IMG/VR virus record: IMGVR_UViG_3300029922_000014
Span: 86,437-150,436 of that record
DNA length: 64,000 nt
From: a virus
Direction: 5' to 3' (one strand)
Position numbers and translations under genes: made by a program. The notes beneath the pieces are model-generated. The model saw only the letters and a list, made by a program, of their open reading frames with translations. It was not told where the DNA came from and did not search any database. The number at the start of each line of letters is the position of its first letter. The stretch's first letter is position 1. This document shows, one piece after another, positions 43,019-53,405 of the stretch.

Positions 43019-44186
43019 AATCAGCGCTCGCAGCCTCTTCGTTTTCTTCGGAACCTTCTTCTCCGCGCGTTGGCTTCTCGTCGCCCGTCGCTGCGGCGTA
43101 CTTCTCCATGAGGTCAGCGAACGCTTCGTCCGCGCCTTTGCGGAAACTGGGGTCGTTTTTGTAGCGGTGCATCCAGTCGGAACGGGTGAATCCGAGCGGT
43201 GACCACTTGGCTTTGTATTCTCCGCCGCCTGATTTGAACTGCTTCGCATCGAAGAGGTGCTGGAAGATCGTCATCTCTTGAGACGGTCCGTAGTTGAAGT
43301 CCAGAACCCAGTTCGAGTGGCGCAGCGGCGGCGCGCACTTGTTCTTCTTGGTGATGCACCGGATCAGGAACCCCAGGGCAGGTCCACTGGTGCCAACCTT
43401 CAGCGTGGCGATCTTCACGCAGCGAACACGCAAAGACGCAGCGTAGCGTACGGCGGCGCCGCCAGGATTGACCTTGTTGTCACCGAATCCGGAGAATCCT
43501 CCGACCTTGTCGCGCTCCTGATTCACAAACAGCATGTGCGCGCGAACCTTCGGGATGCGCAGGAACATGCGGCGGCACCCTTTGCCCATCGCACGCGCGG
43601 TTTCTCCGACGGTCGCCTTTGAGGTGCTGGTGGCGAGACGTTCAGCGCGTGGTTGTGCGGCTGCAATCGAATCCCAAACGATCAGCGTCGGCGCATCCGG
43701 CTTGGTCGATTCGATATTCTCCAGCGCTTCCCAGATGAGGTCCCATCCTTCTTCAATGTCCATGGGCTGGACGTAGACCAACGCATCGGGGTTGATGCCA
43801 AGCGTCGCCATCTTCTCCAGATCGAGCGAGTTTTCGTAGTCGAGCAGGATCGGAACGCCCCCAACCTCCTGGCACGCTTTGATCGCGCGGTGGGTGATGG
43901 CTGACTTTCCCGCAGCTTCCTGTCCGTACACCTCGGAACAGCGACCAACGGGCCACCCTCCACCAAGGATGCGGTCGAGGTCTGGAAAACCAGTCGGGAT
44001 CCACTCCTCTACGGCTGCGGTGACGCTGTCGTCGGAGAGCAATGAAACGGTGCCGTCTGACTTTTCGCCAATCTTCTTTCGCAGCCCTTTGACCAAGGAC
44101 TTTGCGAGCGCGGTTTGGCTTGCGCTGATGACTACTTGATTGCTGGCGTCATCGCCTTCGGCTTCGATCGCCTCCGGAACTGACAC
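43011..44186 (-). CDS. recA: RecA/UvsX recombinase (start GTG 44186 inside Box A, or ATG 44315)
   Basis: IPTGFPDLDRILGGGWPVGR, GQEAAGKS, VWDSIAA, FVNQ, GGAAVRYAASLR, KNK. Confidence 0.92.
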   Translation of the reverse strand: MSVPEAIEAEGDDASNQVVISASQTALAKSLVKGLRKKIGEKSDGTVSLLSDDSVTAAVEEWIPTGFPDLDRILGGGWPVGRCSEVYGQEAAGKSAITHRAIKACQEVGGVPILLDYENSLDLEKMATLGINPDALVYVQPMDIEEGWDLIWEALENIESTKPDAPTLIVWDSIAAAQPRAERLATSTSKATVGETARAMGKGCRRMFLRIPKVRAHMLFVNQERDKVGGFSGFGDNKVNPGGAAVRYAASLRVRCVKIATLKVGTSGPALGFLIRCITKKNKCAPPLRHSNWVLDFNYGPSQEMTIFQHLFDAKQFKSGGGEYKAKWSPLGFTRSDWMHRYKNDPSFRKGADEAFADLMEKYAAATGDEKPTRGEEGSEENEEAASADSA

Positions 44187-44199
44187 GATGTCAGTGTCC

Positions 44200-44568
44200 T
44201 CAAGCTGGCTTGCGGGCGACTCGGCGGGGTCCTGCTTTTGCAGGCGGCGCGGCGACTTCGGCTGCGGTTTCTTCGGACTGGTTTGAAGTTCCGCTCGCAG
44301 ATCCTGGATGCTCATAGCCGATCTCTTTCTGGCAGAATGCCGCGAGACCTTCGACACCGTCCTTGAGGGCGGATGAGAGGTCATTGATGATGTTGAGTTC
44401 AACCAGCACAGCACGGCAGACGATCCGCCGCAGTTGCGCCTCCGCCTTGGCCATGTCCCCCTCAAAGTCGCCGGTCGCATCGAACGCGACGGTCGCGCCG
44501 GGCTTGACGAATTGATAGGGGGCGATTTGCACGCTGGGGTTGATGGAGACAGAAATGCGTTCCGACAT
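44200..44568 (-). CDS. Hypothetical protein
   Basis: ORF between SSB-like gene and recA. Confidence 0.6.
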   Translation of the reverse strand: MSERISVSINPSVQIAPYQFVKPGATVAFDATGDFEGDMAKAEAQLRRIVCRAVLVELNIINDLSSALKDGVEGLAAFCQKEIGYEHPGSASGTSNQSEETAAEVAAPPAKAGPRRVARKPA

Positions 44569-44593
44569 GATAGGACCTTTCAGGGTCAAACGA

Positions 44594-44626
44594 CAAACCC
44601 GCACCCCTGTGAAGAGGTGCGGGTTG
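44594..44626 (-). terminator. Intrinsic terminator
   Basis: aacccgcacctc-ttcaca-ggggtgcgggtt followed by T residues. Confidence 0.7.
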
Positions 44627-44632
44627 CCGAGG

Positions 44633-45898
44633 TCACTTGCTGTTGCGCAGGGCGGCCTTGAGGCTGCTGCCGGCCGGGGTCGGCTTGGGCTTGGGCTTCG
44701 CGGTGGCGGCGGCGGCCTTGGCGGCTTCCTCCGCGGCGACGCGTTCGGCTTCGGCGGTTTCCTCCGCGGCGCCGGTTTCCGCAGCGGTGCTGGCTTCGGT
44801 GTCCTGAGTCTCGGCGCCTTCCTCGGGGAGGATGGTCATATCACCGAATCCGAGCGCCCAATCGACGCCATCGGGATCGGTGATCAGGTAGTCGCCGCCG
44901 TCATCGACGGACATCACCGTGCCGGTCTTCGCTTCCTCGCCATCCACGAAGGACACGCGGGTCACGCCCAGGATGACGCCGTTGGCGTCCGGTTCGGGAG
45001 CGGTCTGTTCCTCGACGGCCGGCTGTTCCACCACCGGCGCGGGCGTCGGCTTCTTCGGGGTCGCGGGGGCGGGCTTCGCCGGGGCCGGTTTGGCAGCGGC
45101 AACCGGGGCCGGTTTGACCAGGGTTTTGGCCGGGGCGGCAGCGGGCTTGACCAGGGTTTTGGCGGTGACCGGCGGCGCCGGTTCCGGCTGCGCGTTGGGG
45201 TCCTGGCTGAGGTATTCCTTGGGCACCGATTCGCCGGTGAGTGCCTTGTAGATTTTCTCCAGCTTCTCCCAGTCGACGCGGAAGCGATGGGCGCGCATGT
45301 TGAAGGCGTCGATGGCCGCCTGGACTGCGTCGATGAAGTCCTGCTCCTCGCCCACGGGCTGACGGTCCATGAACTCATGGACCCACGTGGTCTTGCCCTG
45401 CTTGACGACCTTTTCGACCTTGACGGTCCAACCGGAGACGAGGTCGGTGATATCCTCGCTGTGGTCGGGGTCGAGCATGCGCTTGACCACCGCGGTGAAG
45501 ATGGTCTTGGTGGCGCGGAAGATTTTCAGGTTCGGGGCTTCGGCGGTGCCGGGATCGCCCATCGGGATGACGAGCATCCAGTAGTCCGAGTTGGCGCGGA
45601 CGATCTTCTTGACGGCTTCCATGTCGGTGACGCCGTCGTCCTTGACCGATTCGAGGAAGTCGAAGATCGGGTCCTTGAGCCCGAGCGTGCGGGGCGAGGT
45701 GACGCCGAAGTTCAGCGATTCGGAGAAATACTGCTCGACTTCGAGGCCGGGGGTTTCCGCATCGTCGAAGGTGCAGAAGTGGAAATTGGCGCTGGTGAAC
45801 GACTTGTTGTCGATGATGGCGCCGGTCGAAAGCTTGCGCAGGCGGTCGTTGAGGCGCGCGCGCATTTCCGGGCTGATGGGGGTCTTGGAGGAAGCCAT
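44633..45898 (-). CDS. Probable ssDNA-binding protein (gp32-like) with Pro/Ala-rich extension
   Basis: DPIFDFL, YWMLVI, KIF..TKTIF, DITDLVSGWTVKVEK; context between pol and recA. Confidence 0.55.
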   Translation of the reverse strand: MASSKTPISPEMRARLNDRLRKLSTGAIIDNKSFTSANFHFCTFDDAETPGLEVEQYFSESLNFGVTSPRTLGLKDPIFDFLESVKDDGVTDMEAVKKIVRANSDYWMLVIPMGDPGTAEAPNLKIFRATKTIFTAVVKRMLDPDHSEDITDLVSGWTVKVEKVVKQGKTTWVHEFMDRQPVGEEQDFIDAVQAAIDAFNMRAHRFRVDWEKLEKIYKALTGESVPKEYLSQDPNAQPEPAPPVTAKTLVKPAAAPAKTLVKPAPVAAAKPAPAKPAPATPKKPTPAPVVEQPAVEEQTAPEPDANGVILGVTRVSFVDGEEAKTGTVMSVDDGGDYLITDPDGVDWALGFGDMTILPEEGAETQDTEASTAAETGAAEETAEAERVAAEEAAKAAAATAKPKPKPTPAGSSLKAALRNSK

Positions 45899-45970
45899 GA
45901 TAGTAACCTTTCAGATTACGTGGGGTTGGGTGAAGCTGGGTTGTTGAGGCAGAGTCGAAACTGGGTCTGG

Positions 45971-46495
45971 TCAGGTTGTTTGTTCACGTTCGCGGCTCAC
46001 CAGTCGTTTCAGGACCCAGAGGCGGTTCCGTAGTGCGTCCGATGTTTCGCGTAGGACACCATATTGCCGTCGTTCTGAGTTCAAGTTCTTTCTCGCGGCA
46101 GCAACGGGATCATCAATGTCCAAGCATGCGCGCACGTGATGATCGCTGATGCGCATCCCGCCATTTTGTGTCGAACCTGCTTCGTCCTCAAGATACGTGC
46201 GAAAGGTGAGGAAGGCTTTTCCTTCAACTTCTGCCAATTTTCGCTCGCATTCACGCACTTTTGCAAGTTGCTGTTCTGCCTGATACGCCCAGAAGGCAAT
46301 CCGCTCCGGCGCATTGGTAAACTCTTCGATCATTTCGTCGGGATCGTCCGGGATGCGCAGTTCAGCGCGCAGATTGAAGGTGGCGACGGTGCCATTCTCC
46401 AACGTGATCTTGATCGCAGCGGTGGAAGCAAGGTAGTGCTCCCCGTGTTTTGCCGGAAGTCTTTTCACTTTTTCTTCATCTTGAACACAAGGCAC
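45971..46495 (-). CDS. Possible UvsY-like recombination mediator
   Basis: Coiled-coil protein next to the SSB-like gene and recA; start uncertain. Confidence 0.35.
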   Translation of the reverse strand: MPCVQDEEKVKRLPAKHGEHYLASTAAIKITLENGTVATFNLRAELRIPDDPDEMIEEFTNAPERIAFWAYQAEQQLAKVRECERKLAEVEGKAFLTFRTYLEDEAGSTQNGGMRISDHHVRACLDIDDPVAAARKNLNSERRQYGVLRETSDALRNRLWVLKRLVSREREQTT

Positions 46496-49400
46496 TGGCC
46501 CAGTTCATCCTCGTTGACGGGCTTGCGGAGAATGTCCATCTTGCCCTTTTCGTTCAGCCCGATCAGCGGCTGGTCCGAGGTCTTGCCGTCTTGCAGGTCA
46601 GCCGGCTCAAACTCCTGCATCTGTCCCCAGTTCAATCCGGCTTCAACTTCCGCGATGATCGGGATGTCGATCCAGTTCCAGTCAAGCCCTGGAAGGACTT
46701 CGTCGGAGAGCGCCGGCAGGTTCTCCATGATGTCCTTCGCCAGGATCGCAACGGCGAGGTATTCGTCCAAGACGCAGTCGAACATGATGGAGTCGTGGAC
46801 GGTCAGGATCAGCTTCGACTTGAAGCCGCCGTTTTTCAGAGCGCGCGTGATCAACACCAATGCCATCAGGGTCATGATGGCGGCCCCCGACTGGATCGGA
46901 AAATTAATACTTTGGCGGACGGCGCGCGACACCAGCGATGGATCAGAACTTCCAACTTCGGGAACGCGCCGACGGTGCCCGGTAAAAGAGTCGAGGTATC
47001 CGAGCTTAGTGACCTTGCGTTCCAGTTCATCCATGCCAGCACGAAGACGCGGAAAGCCTTTGAAAAAGTTTTCAAGAAACTTTTCACAATCTTCCAGCGA
47101 AACAAAGATACCGTCCTTCTTGAGCGCACTGCGGATTCCAGGAGCTTCGCTGCCGTACAAACTGTTGCCGGTCACCATGATCTGATTCCGGTGACGCATC
47201 ACCCAGTTAGAAGTCGCGGTCTGCAAACACCAAACAGCAGTTTCGCGCTCACCCGTCTTCTTCAGCCGTTGTCCCGTAACAACCGGTTTTCCGTAGCGGA
47301 GTTTCAGCGAAACATTGTCTTTGTACGTATCAGATTCCACTTCCCGCGGAAAGTAACCGGCAAGAAAAATGGCCAATTTCAGCGCATCCGCAGTAGGTCC
47401 ACGATTCTGCGTAACGATTCGCGTACCTTTATGATCAAGGTGCCCTTCTGCCTGAAAAGCGGCCTCAACGAAGGCACGCAATTCGGCCGTTCCGAGACGA
47501 AGAACAAACTCCTCTAGGGTGATGGAATGCAACTCTGCGCGTTTCCAGAGATCATGGGTGTAACCTGAACGCAGCCGAAACTCGTGAATATCAGTAACAG
47601 GACGGACGTGGAGCGTGTGCGGAAAATGTGAAAAAAGTTCTTTCAGCGCGGCAACACCGGCAGGCTTACTTTGATAGACACCGCCAAAATGCTTCTGCCG
47701 CCACCCATCCCGCCCCTGACTCGCTGCGCCCGTGAGTTCACTAAAAAAGAAGTGACCATCGGTAAATAGCCACGCGACCAAGGCAGCCTCGTAAACAGAA
47801 ATCGGAAGCAAACAAGTAGACTGAATCGGAGCGGATAGAAAAATACGATGCTCGTGTTTAATGTCTGCCGTACTGACGATACATGGAACCATCTTCCGCT
47901 TACCTGCGACAACAACACGCTTCTCCGCCATCCAACGATGGTCCTCAGTAGTCTCCATGCTGAAGTTTTTCGTCGCCAGCGTCACCACTTTCGCAACGGG
48001 GTGATAAACAATCCCAGTAACAGGAACCCACTTAGTCACCCCATTCTCCATCCCCAACACTTCATCGCCAACCTTGATCTGGCCATAGCCACGCCAACCA
48101 TCCCGAGTCAACGCTTCTGTATCCAACGGCACACAGCCAAAGTTGGTCCGCTTAGCGCTGGTACGCATCTTCTTCTTCGTGTCCTTGTCGAGCTTTGCAA
48201 ACTCTTCAACGGGCACACCAGAAACAATTGAGGCGGTGAGCGTATGCAGGTCACCACGCTCAAGGTACACTTGCTTCATCTTCGGTTCATCGAACAAGCA
48301 CGCAGCAATGCGCAGTTCAATCTGAGAAAAGTCGCAGTTGAGGAGAATGCCGTCATCCCCGAAACGCGAAACGTAGCAGGTTTTGATGTTCCAACGCGGG
48401 TTGTTACTAATGTTCTGCAAGTTCGGGTCTGAACTGGAGAGGCGGCCCGTCGCCGTCCCGCTGATCCAGAAGCTGCTGTGCAGCAAACCAAACTTGTCGC
48501 ACATCGTTTTTAACGCATTGATGAACGTCCCCTGGAGCTTGATCGCTTCGCGCGATGAGAGGATGAGCGTCGCCAGTTCGCTATCGTGGTCCCGCTCGAA
48601 ACTGTGCATCGTTTCGGCGTCGGTGGTGAAGTAGGACCACTCCTGCGCTTCGATCGCCTCGCGGCGCATGTCGTCCATCTTCGGGAAGCGCGTTCCGTTC
48701 GCCCGGCATTCATCCTGGCGTTGACGTAGTCGATAGCGGAGGTTCTTGCTTCCGGTCTCGGTCAGTTCTCCGGGCGGGTACCCCAGAAGCCCAAAGAAAA
48801 TCTCACCGACCTGTTTCCCTGAATTGGGGTTGAACTCGAAGGCGAATGGCTTGCGGCGACGCTTTCCAGTAGCCACGTCCTTTTCAGCTTCCCGCTGCAT
48901 TTTTTCGTCGACGTATTGCTTCACCGACGCATCTTCCTGGATCGCTTTGTCCAGCCGTTCGATCTCTTCGGTCAGGCGCTTGTCGATGCGATCAACCGCT
49001 TCCGGATCAATCTTTGCGCCGGCTGTTTCCATGTCGGCCAGGGCGGCGGAGAGGTGCGGAAAGAACTGTTCTGCCAGGATACGCAAGCGCGGGTTGTCGC
49101 GATATTCCGGCTCCTGGAACAGAAGAGGAGCAACGCGCCACGTGACGTCGGCGTCCATCGCGGCGTAGGTGAAAAGAATGGATCCTGGAATGTTCGCGTA
49201 ACTTCCGCCCTTCTTCGGATCGGCTTCCGGATGCGCAGCCTTGTAGTCTTCGAGCGGTCTGTCGTAACCGCCCATCCCCGTGTATTGGTACGCGAGCTTG
49301 TCGAGACCGTGCGTTCCGCGCTGCTCATTGATGACGAGATGCGTCGTCATCGTGTCAGTTTTGAAGATGGGGAGTTCGATGCCGATCGCTTCGCGGATGT

Positions 49401-50478
49401 GCTGACGGTCGAACTTTTCGTTCTGTCCGATCCAGTCGATCTCCGCCTGGAACAGATCGCGCAGGAGTTCGATCAATTCCGCACGCTCATGCTCCAGTGG
49501 GCCGCCAACACACCACGGGCTTTCGGAATGATCGAATGGGACCACATAGGCGGTATTGTCGCCGTTGGAAAAGCTGAAGCACACGAGTTTTGGGAACTTG
49601 TCCTGGTATATTTGCAATGATCCGGTTTCGGTATCGACGGAAACCGGGCGTCCCCAGGTCTTGAACTTCTCGAAGGTCTCCTTCACAACTGACATCGTGT
49701 CAATCGTGATATAGGTTCCGAACCCGGGTTTGCTCAGGTCCTCGCCAGCGAACAATCCCAGCGCCACGGTGATGGCGTTGGTGAAGCGGGTCATCTCATG
49801 ATCAAAGCGGAGCACGTAGGCCGGGTGCAGGCAGGCCACCACAGGGATGCCTTCGAGTTCCGGATGGCTGCCCTTGAGCGGTTGCCCGTTGAGGTGGCTG
49901 ATCCCAGAGGTATCCGTCAGAAACTCCAGCGGCGTGTTGCCCAACGCCAGGATGACCTTCGGCTTTCGGTCGACGATCTGCTGGATGAGTTGATGCGAAC
50001 AGCTTTGGACTTCCGTCTTGGCCGGCGAGCGATTCATCGGTGGCCGGCAGTTGACGACGTTGGCAAATCCGATCCGTAGTTCACCGACCTGCGCCTGCTC
50101 TGCACACATGTCGATCGCTTCACGCAAGAGCTTGCCTGAGCGCCCAACAAACGGCAGCCCTTGCCGGTCTTCGTCCTGGCCGGGAGCTTCACCAACACAC
50201 AGGATGTCCACCTCGGTCTGGTCTTCGACCACGTTCCGGGACTGGATCAGATGCCCTTCCTTGGCTGCTGCGCGGATCTTTATTGCATCGCGCTGGTAGA
50301 CGGCCTCGAAGTCAGGAAAGTCTTCGTGAAAGGCTGCCAGGGGGCAATGCAGACACCCCGATTTGAGCACGCCAGTGCATGGTGGAACAAGCGGTCTGGC
50401 GCCTGGGCGGAGTTCGGCTTTCCCGCGCGTGTCGATGAGCGCCTGCGCAACGCGATCTGCAAGACGACGAACAGCCAT
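46465..50478 (-). CDS. polA: Family A DNA polymerase with N-terminal family-4 UDG domain, 3'-5' exonuclease and intein
   Basis: UDG GEAPG, PFVGRSG, NCRPP.NR, HPAY; Exo DTET, YAAMD; Pol TATGRLSSSDPNLQNI, DFSQIELR, R...K..NFG..YG, LTVHDS. Confidence 0.95.
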   Translation of the reverse strand: MAVRRLADRVAQALIDTRGKAELRPGARPLVPPCTGVLKSGCLHCPLAAFHEDFPDFEAVYQRDAIKIRAAAKEGHLIQSRNVVEDQTEVDILCVGEAPGQDEDRQGLPFVGRSGKLLREAIDMCAEQAQVGELRIGFANVVNCRPPMNRSPAKTEVQSCSHQLIQQIVDRKPKVILALGNTPLEFLTDTSGISHLNGQPLKGSHPELEGIPVVACLHPAYVLRFDHEMTRFTNAITVALGLFAGEDLSKPGFGTYITIDTMSVVKETFEKFKTWGRPVSVDTETGSLQIYQDKFPKLVCFSFSNGDNTAYVVPFDHSESPWCVGGPLEHERAELIELLRDLFQAEIDWIGQNEKFDRQHIREAIGIELPIFKTDTMTTHLVINEQRGTHGLDKLAYQYTGMGGYDRPLEDYKAAHPEADPKKGGSYANIPGSILFTYAAMDADVTWRVAPLLFQEPEYRDNPRLRILAEQFFPHLSAALADMETAGAKIDPEAVDRIDKRLTEEIERLDKAIQEDASVKQYVDEKMQREAEKDVATGKRRRKPFAFEFNPNSGKQVGEIFFGLLGYPPGELTETGSKNLRYRLRQRQDECRANGTRFPKMDDMRREAIEAQEWSYFTTDAETMHSFERDHDSELATLILSSREAIKLQGTFINALKTMCDKFGLLHSSFWISGTATGRLSSSDPNLQNISNNPRWNIKTCYVSRFGDDGILLNCDFSQIELRIAACLFDEPKMKQVYLERGDLHTLTASIVSGVPVEEFAKLDKDTKKKMRTSAKRTNFGCVPLDTEALTRDGWRGYGQIKVGDEVLGMENGVTKWVPVTGIVYHPVAKVVTLATKNFSMETTEDHRWMAEKRVVVAGKRKMVPCIVSTADIKHEHRIFLSAPIQSTCLLPISVYEAALVAWLFTDGHFFFSELTGAASQGRDGWRQKHFGGVYQSKPAGVAALKELFSHFPHTLHVRPVTDIHEFRLRSGYTHDLWKRAELHSITLEEFVLRLGTAELRAFVEAAFQAEGHLDHKGTRIVTQNRGPTADALKLAIFLAGYFPREVESDTYKDNVSLKLRYGKPVVTGQRLKKTGERETAVWCLQTATSNWVMRHRNQIMVTGNSLYGSEAPGIRSALKKDGIFVSLEDCEKFLENFFKGFPRLRAGMDELERKVTKLGYLDSFTGHRRRVPEVGSSDPSLVSRAVRQSINFPIQSGAAIMTLMALVLITRALKNGGFKSKLILTVHDSIMFDCVLDEYLAVAILAKDIMENLPALSDEVLPGLDWNWIDIPIIAEVEAGLNWGQMQEFEPADLQDGKTSDQPLIGLNEKGKMDILRKPVNEDELGQCLVFKMKKK
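47164..48135 (-). mobile_element. Intein (324 aa) in PolA motif B
   Basis: NFG|CVPLDTE start; TEDHRW; WLFTDG and AFQAEG LAGLIDADG-like; VWCLQT..MVTGN|S end. Confidence 0.9.
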
Positions 50479-51119
50479 CAGGTCTTGACCTTGGCATCAG
50501 CAGGAAGTGGCTTTGGCTTGGGGCGTCCGCGGCGCGGTTCAGCATTGATCTCAGCGCGGATTTTATCCTTGAGCCCCGCGCGCAGTTCGACCTTCAGTGC
50601 TTCGGTCGCGGCGGCGCGATCGGCAGACATGGCAGCGACGATGCGATCTGACAGGCGATTGATCGTAGTCGTCACCTCGTCCAGCTTCGCAGCCAGCATC
50701 TCGGCGGTGCTGCTGGTGATGCTGGCATGGGACGAATAGGCTAGAAGCAGGTTGTGCAGGTTGTGTCCGAAGTAGCCCCGGAGCCGCCAACGCGGACCCG
50801 TCTGCTTGGACTCCTTGCCCGGGTTGACGTACTTGAGGTCAGGCACGAAGCGCTGCATCAGGTTGTATCCCGATTCATCGCATTCGATGCGCCAGTCCTC
50901 ATCCAAGGCGATGAAGATCCCTGGATCCTTCGCCGGCGTTTCGGGGGTCGGCGGAAGCGCCAGGGCTGCCCTGATCTGATCCCGCAGTCTCGGCGTGGAC
51001 TTCACGCACACGCGGGAGGAGATAGACGGCTTTCCCGGTGTCGTGGCAGTCGAATCGGACGCCGCAGCGGACGCATTCGTGGCATCGGGCGGGGTGGCCG
51101 AAGCAGGATGGACGGGCAT
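50478..51119 (-). CDS. Hypothetical protein
   Basis: ORF whose stop overlaps the polA start. Confidence 0.6.
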   Translation of the reverse strand: MPVHPASATPPDATNASAAASDSTATTPGKPSISSRVCVKSTPRLRDQIRAALALPPTPETPAKDPGIFIALDEDWRIECDESGYNLMQRFVPDLKYVNPGKESKQTGPRWRLRGYFGHNLHNLLLAYSSHASITSSTAEMLAAKLDEVTTTINRLSDRIVAAMSADRAAATEALKVELRAGLKDKIRAEINAEPRRGRPKPKPLPADAKVKT

Positions 51120-51122
51120 GTG

Positions 51123-51932
51123 TCACCTTTTGATGAAGCTGTCGCGGAGGGCGTTGAAGCTGGATGCCTTGGGCTTGGTCATGGTGATCATGACCGTCCT
51201 GATGCCAGTGCCGGACTCCTGGAACGTTCCCTCGGGAAGTTCTTCGTAGCTGCCGTGCCGGGCGACGAAGTCGCGGAAGCTGACGGACACCTTGTCCTCC
51301 GCAAAAGTGAAGTGCGGGGAGGCAATGGCCACAAGCCTGCCGCCGGCTTCGAGAAAGTTCCAGGCGTGGAGGATGTGCCGGATGTCGGCGTTCTTGGTGA
51401 AGGGCGGGTTCATCAGCACCGCCTTGAAGGTGCCGATCTCTTCCGGGGTCACCGTGAGAAAGTCCCGCTCAAAGACGCGGGCGACGTGCGAGGATCTGCG
51501 CAACTTGGCACAAGCTTCCGGACGTATCTCAACGCAGGTGACGTGTGTGCCGCCCATACCAGCGATAATGGCAATATTGCCGTCGCCGGCAGACGGTTCG
51601 AGCACGCGTCCTTGCAACGTCGCTGCTTCCCCGGCGCGAAAAATCATCGCGTGTGCCACGTCGATTGGCGTCAAGAACACCTGGAAGGTCTGCTGCTGAT
51701 TGATGGCCTTGCCGCGTTCCAGCGCTTCCTTGAGGATGTCGCGGGGATCGCTGGGGAAGGTGTGGCACTTGCGACCGCGGTTCCATTTGCCGCCATAGGC
51801 CTCCAGCACCTTGTTCACGTCCTGGTAGAGCTTGCGGTCAAGCTGACCGTTCAGGGTGACGGTTTCCTGATCCATCGTTGCCTGCTTGAGCACGTCGGCA
51901 ACGGCGTCGGAGATGGTGAATGTGGCGGCCAT
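51123..51932 (-). CDS. Class I SAM-dependent (N6-adenine type) DNA methyltransferase
   Basis: FLTP, VLEPSAGDG, VEI, DFL, VLMNPPF. Confidence 0.85.
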   Translation of the reverse strand: MAATFTISDAVADVLKQATMDQETVTLNGQLDRKLYQDVNKVLEAYGGKWNRGRKCHTFPSDPRDILKEALERGKAINQQQTFQVFLTPIDVAHAMIFRAGEAATLQGRVLEPSAGDGNIAIIAGMGGTHVTCVEIRPEACAKLRRSSHVARVFERDFLTVTPEEIGTFKAVLMNPPFTKNADIRHILHAWNFLEAGGRLVAIASPHFTFAEDKVSVSFRDFVARHGSYEELPEGTFQESGTGIRTVMITMTKPKASSFNALRDSFIKR

Positions 51933-52150
51933 TTTATTCTTTCGTTGTCCGGTCTATGCGAAGAGATTCACGCGGTGTGAACCTTCCGACTAATCACCAT
52001 CAGGTCATCACGAATGCGCGCAAAGCGCAGAGCGGAGAGCGGAGTACTGCTGGCGATTCCGCCTTGCCGCACTTTGGCGGTCGTGCTGCGTGAACACGAA
52101 GTCGTAACAGATGCGCTTTTGACGAGAGTTCACGATCGTGTCCAGAGTAG

Positions 52151-52180
52151 AAAAACCCTGCCGGAGGTTATCCGGCAGGG
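52151..52180 (-). terminator. Intrinsic terminator
   Basis: ccctgccgga-taacc-tccggcaggg-ttttt. Confidence 0.8.
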
Positions 52181-52189
52181 CAGGTGCGT

Positions 52190-53257
52190 TCAGTTCAGCA
52201 AGTCGTTGCCGAAGGCGCGCAGGGCGGCGTAGCCCATGCCTTCGAGCGAGGTCTTGCGCTGGACGTTTTCGGTGTCGTGGGCGTGCTGGGTGATGCCGTT
52301 GACGAGGTTCCAGAGGGTCAGTTCACCCTCGGGGCGACCGTCGGATTCGGCCTCGTCGAGCGCATAGCGGGCGACCTTCGACCACAGCGCGTCGCTGCCG
52401 CCGTTGCGGCCGGACTTGACGAAGGAGGCGAAGTCGTCCACCTCGTTCGTGGTCATGAGGTGTTGCGCACTGGCCTGGATCACCGGGAGCACCAACCCGG
52501 TGCGGTGGGCCGCCACCACGATCGCCTGCTGCGACAGCATGTTGGCGTCACCGATGTGCTTGATGTGGTTGGCGTTCGATTCGCTGGCCACCGCACCATT
52601 GGTGCAGCGGAGGCGTTCGATGTAGTCGGCCACCACGGTCCGCGAATCCCCGGCGATCGAGTTCTCCAGGTTGATGCCGAAGCGGACGGCATCACCCACC
52701 TTAGCTTCCGCGGTCGAGGTTTCGCCCACGACGAGGCGCATGTACGGACCAGAGAGCCAGCCGCGGATGAAGTCGAGGGTGGGCGCGGCCGAGGCGAGAG
52801 CATCGAGCAGGTCGTTGTTGGCCACCGGGGTATAGGTGTCGGCGGTGACGATGCCGTAGACCATGCGGCTGGTGCCGTCGACGATCATGTGTTTGGGGCT
52901 TCCCTGATGCAGCGCGCTGGTGATGCAGGTGTGCAGGACGTCGAGGGCCTGGGCTTCATCGAAGGCGGCGAGTTGGCGGATGAAGCCGACCGGCACGCGG
53001 GAGAAGTGGCAGAGGTCACCGAATGCCTTCTGGGAAAGGCGCAGGTCGGTGTTGAGGATGTTGCCGGAGATGTCGATGCGGTTGAGTTCCTGGACGTCGA
53101 TCTGGGCGAGATGGGTCGCCTGGGTGTCCACTGCTTCGCGGAACTTGTGCTTGTCGCGGAAGTTGATGGAAGGCGGCGAGGGGAGGGAGAAGGCGTCGAG
53201 TGTGCTTTTGCCGTGGTTCGCACAGTCGGCGGCGAGGCGGGAGGCGATGGAAGCCAT
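52190..53257 (-). CDS. DUF932-like protein
   Basis: YTPVANNDL, GINLENS, RLRCTNGA, TLWNLVNGITQHAH. Confidence 0.6.
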   Translation of the reverse strand: MASIASRLAADCANHGKSTLDAFSLPSPPSINFRDKHKFREAVDTQATHLAQIDVQELNRIDISGNILNTDLRLSQKAFGDLCHFSRVPVGFIRQLAAFDEAQALDVLHTCITSALHQGSPKHMIVDGTSRMVYGIVTADTYTPVANNDLLDALASAAPTLDFIRGWLSGPYMRLVVGETSTAEAKVGDAVRFGINLENSIAGDSRTVVADYIERLRCTNGAVASESNANHIKHIGDANMLSQQAIVVAAHRTGLVLPVIQASAQHLMTTNEVDDFASFVKSGRNGGSDALWSKVARYALDEAESDGRPEGELTLWNLVNGITQHAHDTENVQRKTSLEGMGYAALRAFGNDLLN

Positions 53258-53405
53258 GATGTTTTCCTTGCAGCCCGGGTACAGGGTTTGGTTTGGTCCC
53301 GGTTGGTTACTGCGCCGTCAAGGTTACGAAGGGTTTTTCCCCATTGCAAGCTGTTTTTTCCGCGTCATGCGGGAAGTTCCGTGTGGGAACTGACACGATG
53401 TCAGT

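Noticed and set aside
41544-46033. Long plus-strand ORFs (e.g. 41544-43202, 44540-46033, and similar ones throughout the window)
   Set aside because: Antisense shadows of GC-rich minus-strand genes; no motifs or RBS.
49344-49360. Box A half-site in polA (and others, e.g. near 6040 and 24033)
   Set aside because: Only one arm matches, so not counted.
51123-51932. Complete restriction-modification system
   Set aside because: No adjacent endonuclease was recognised; it appears to be an orphan methyltransferase.
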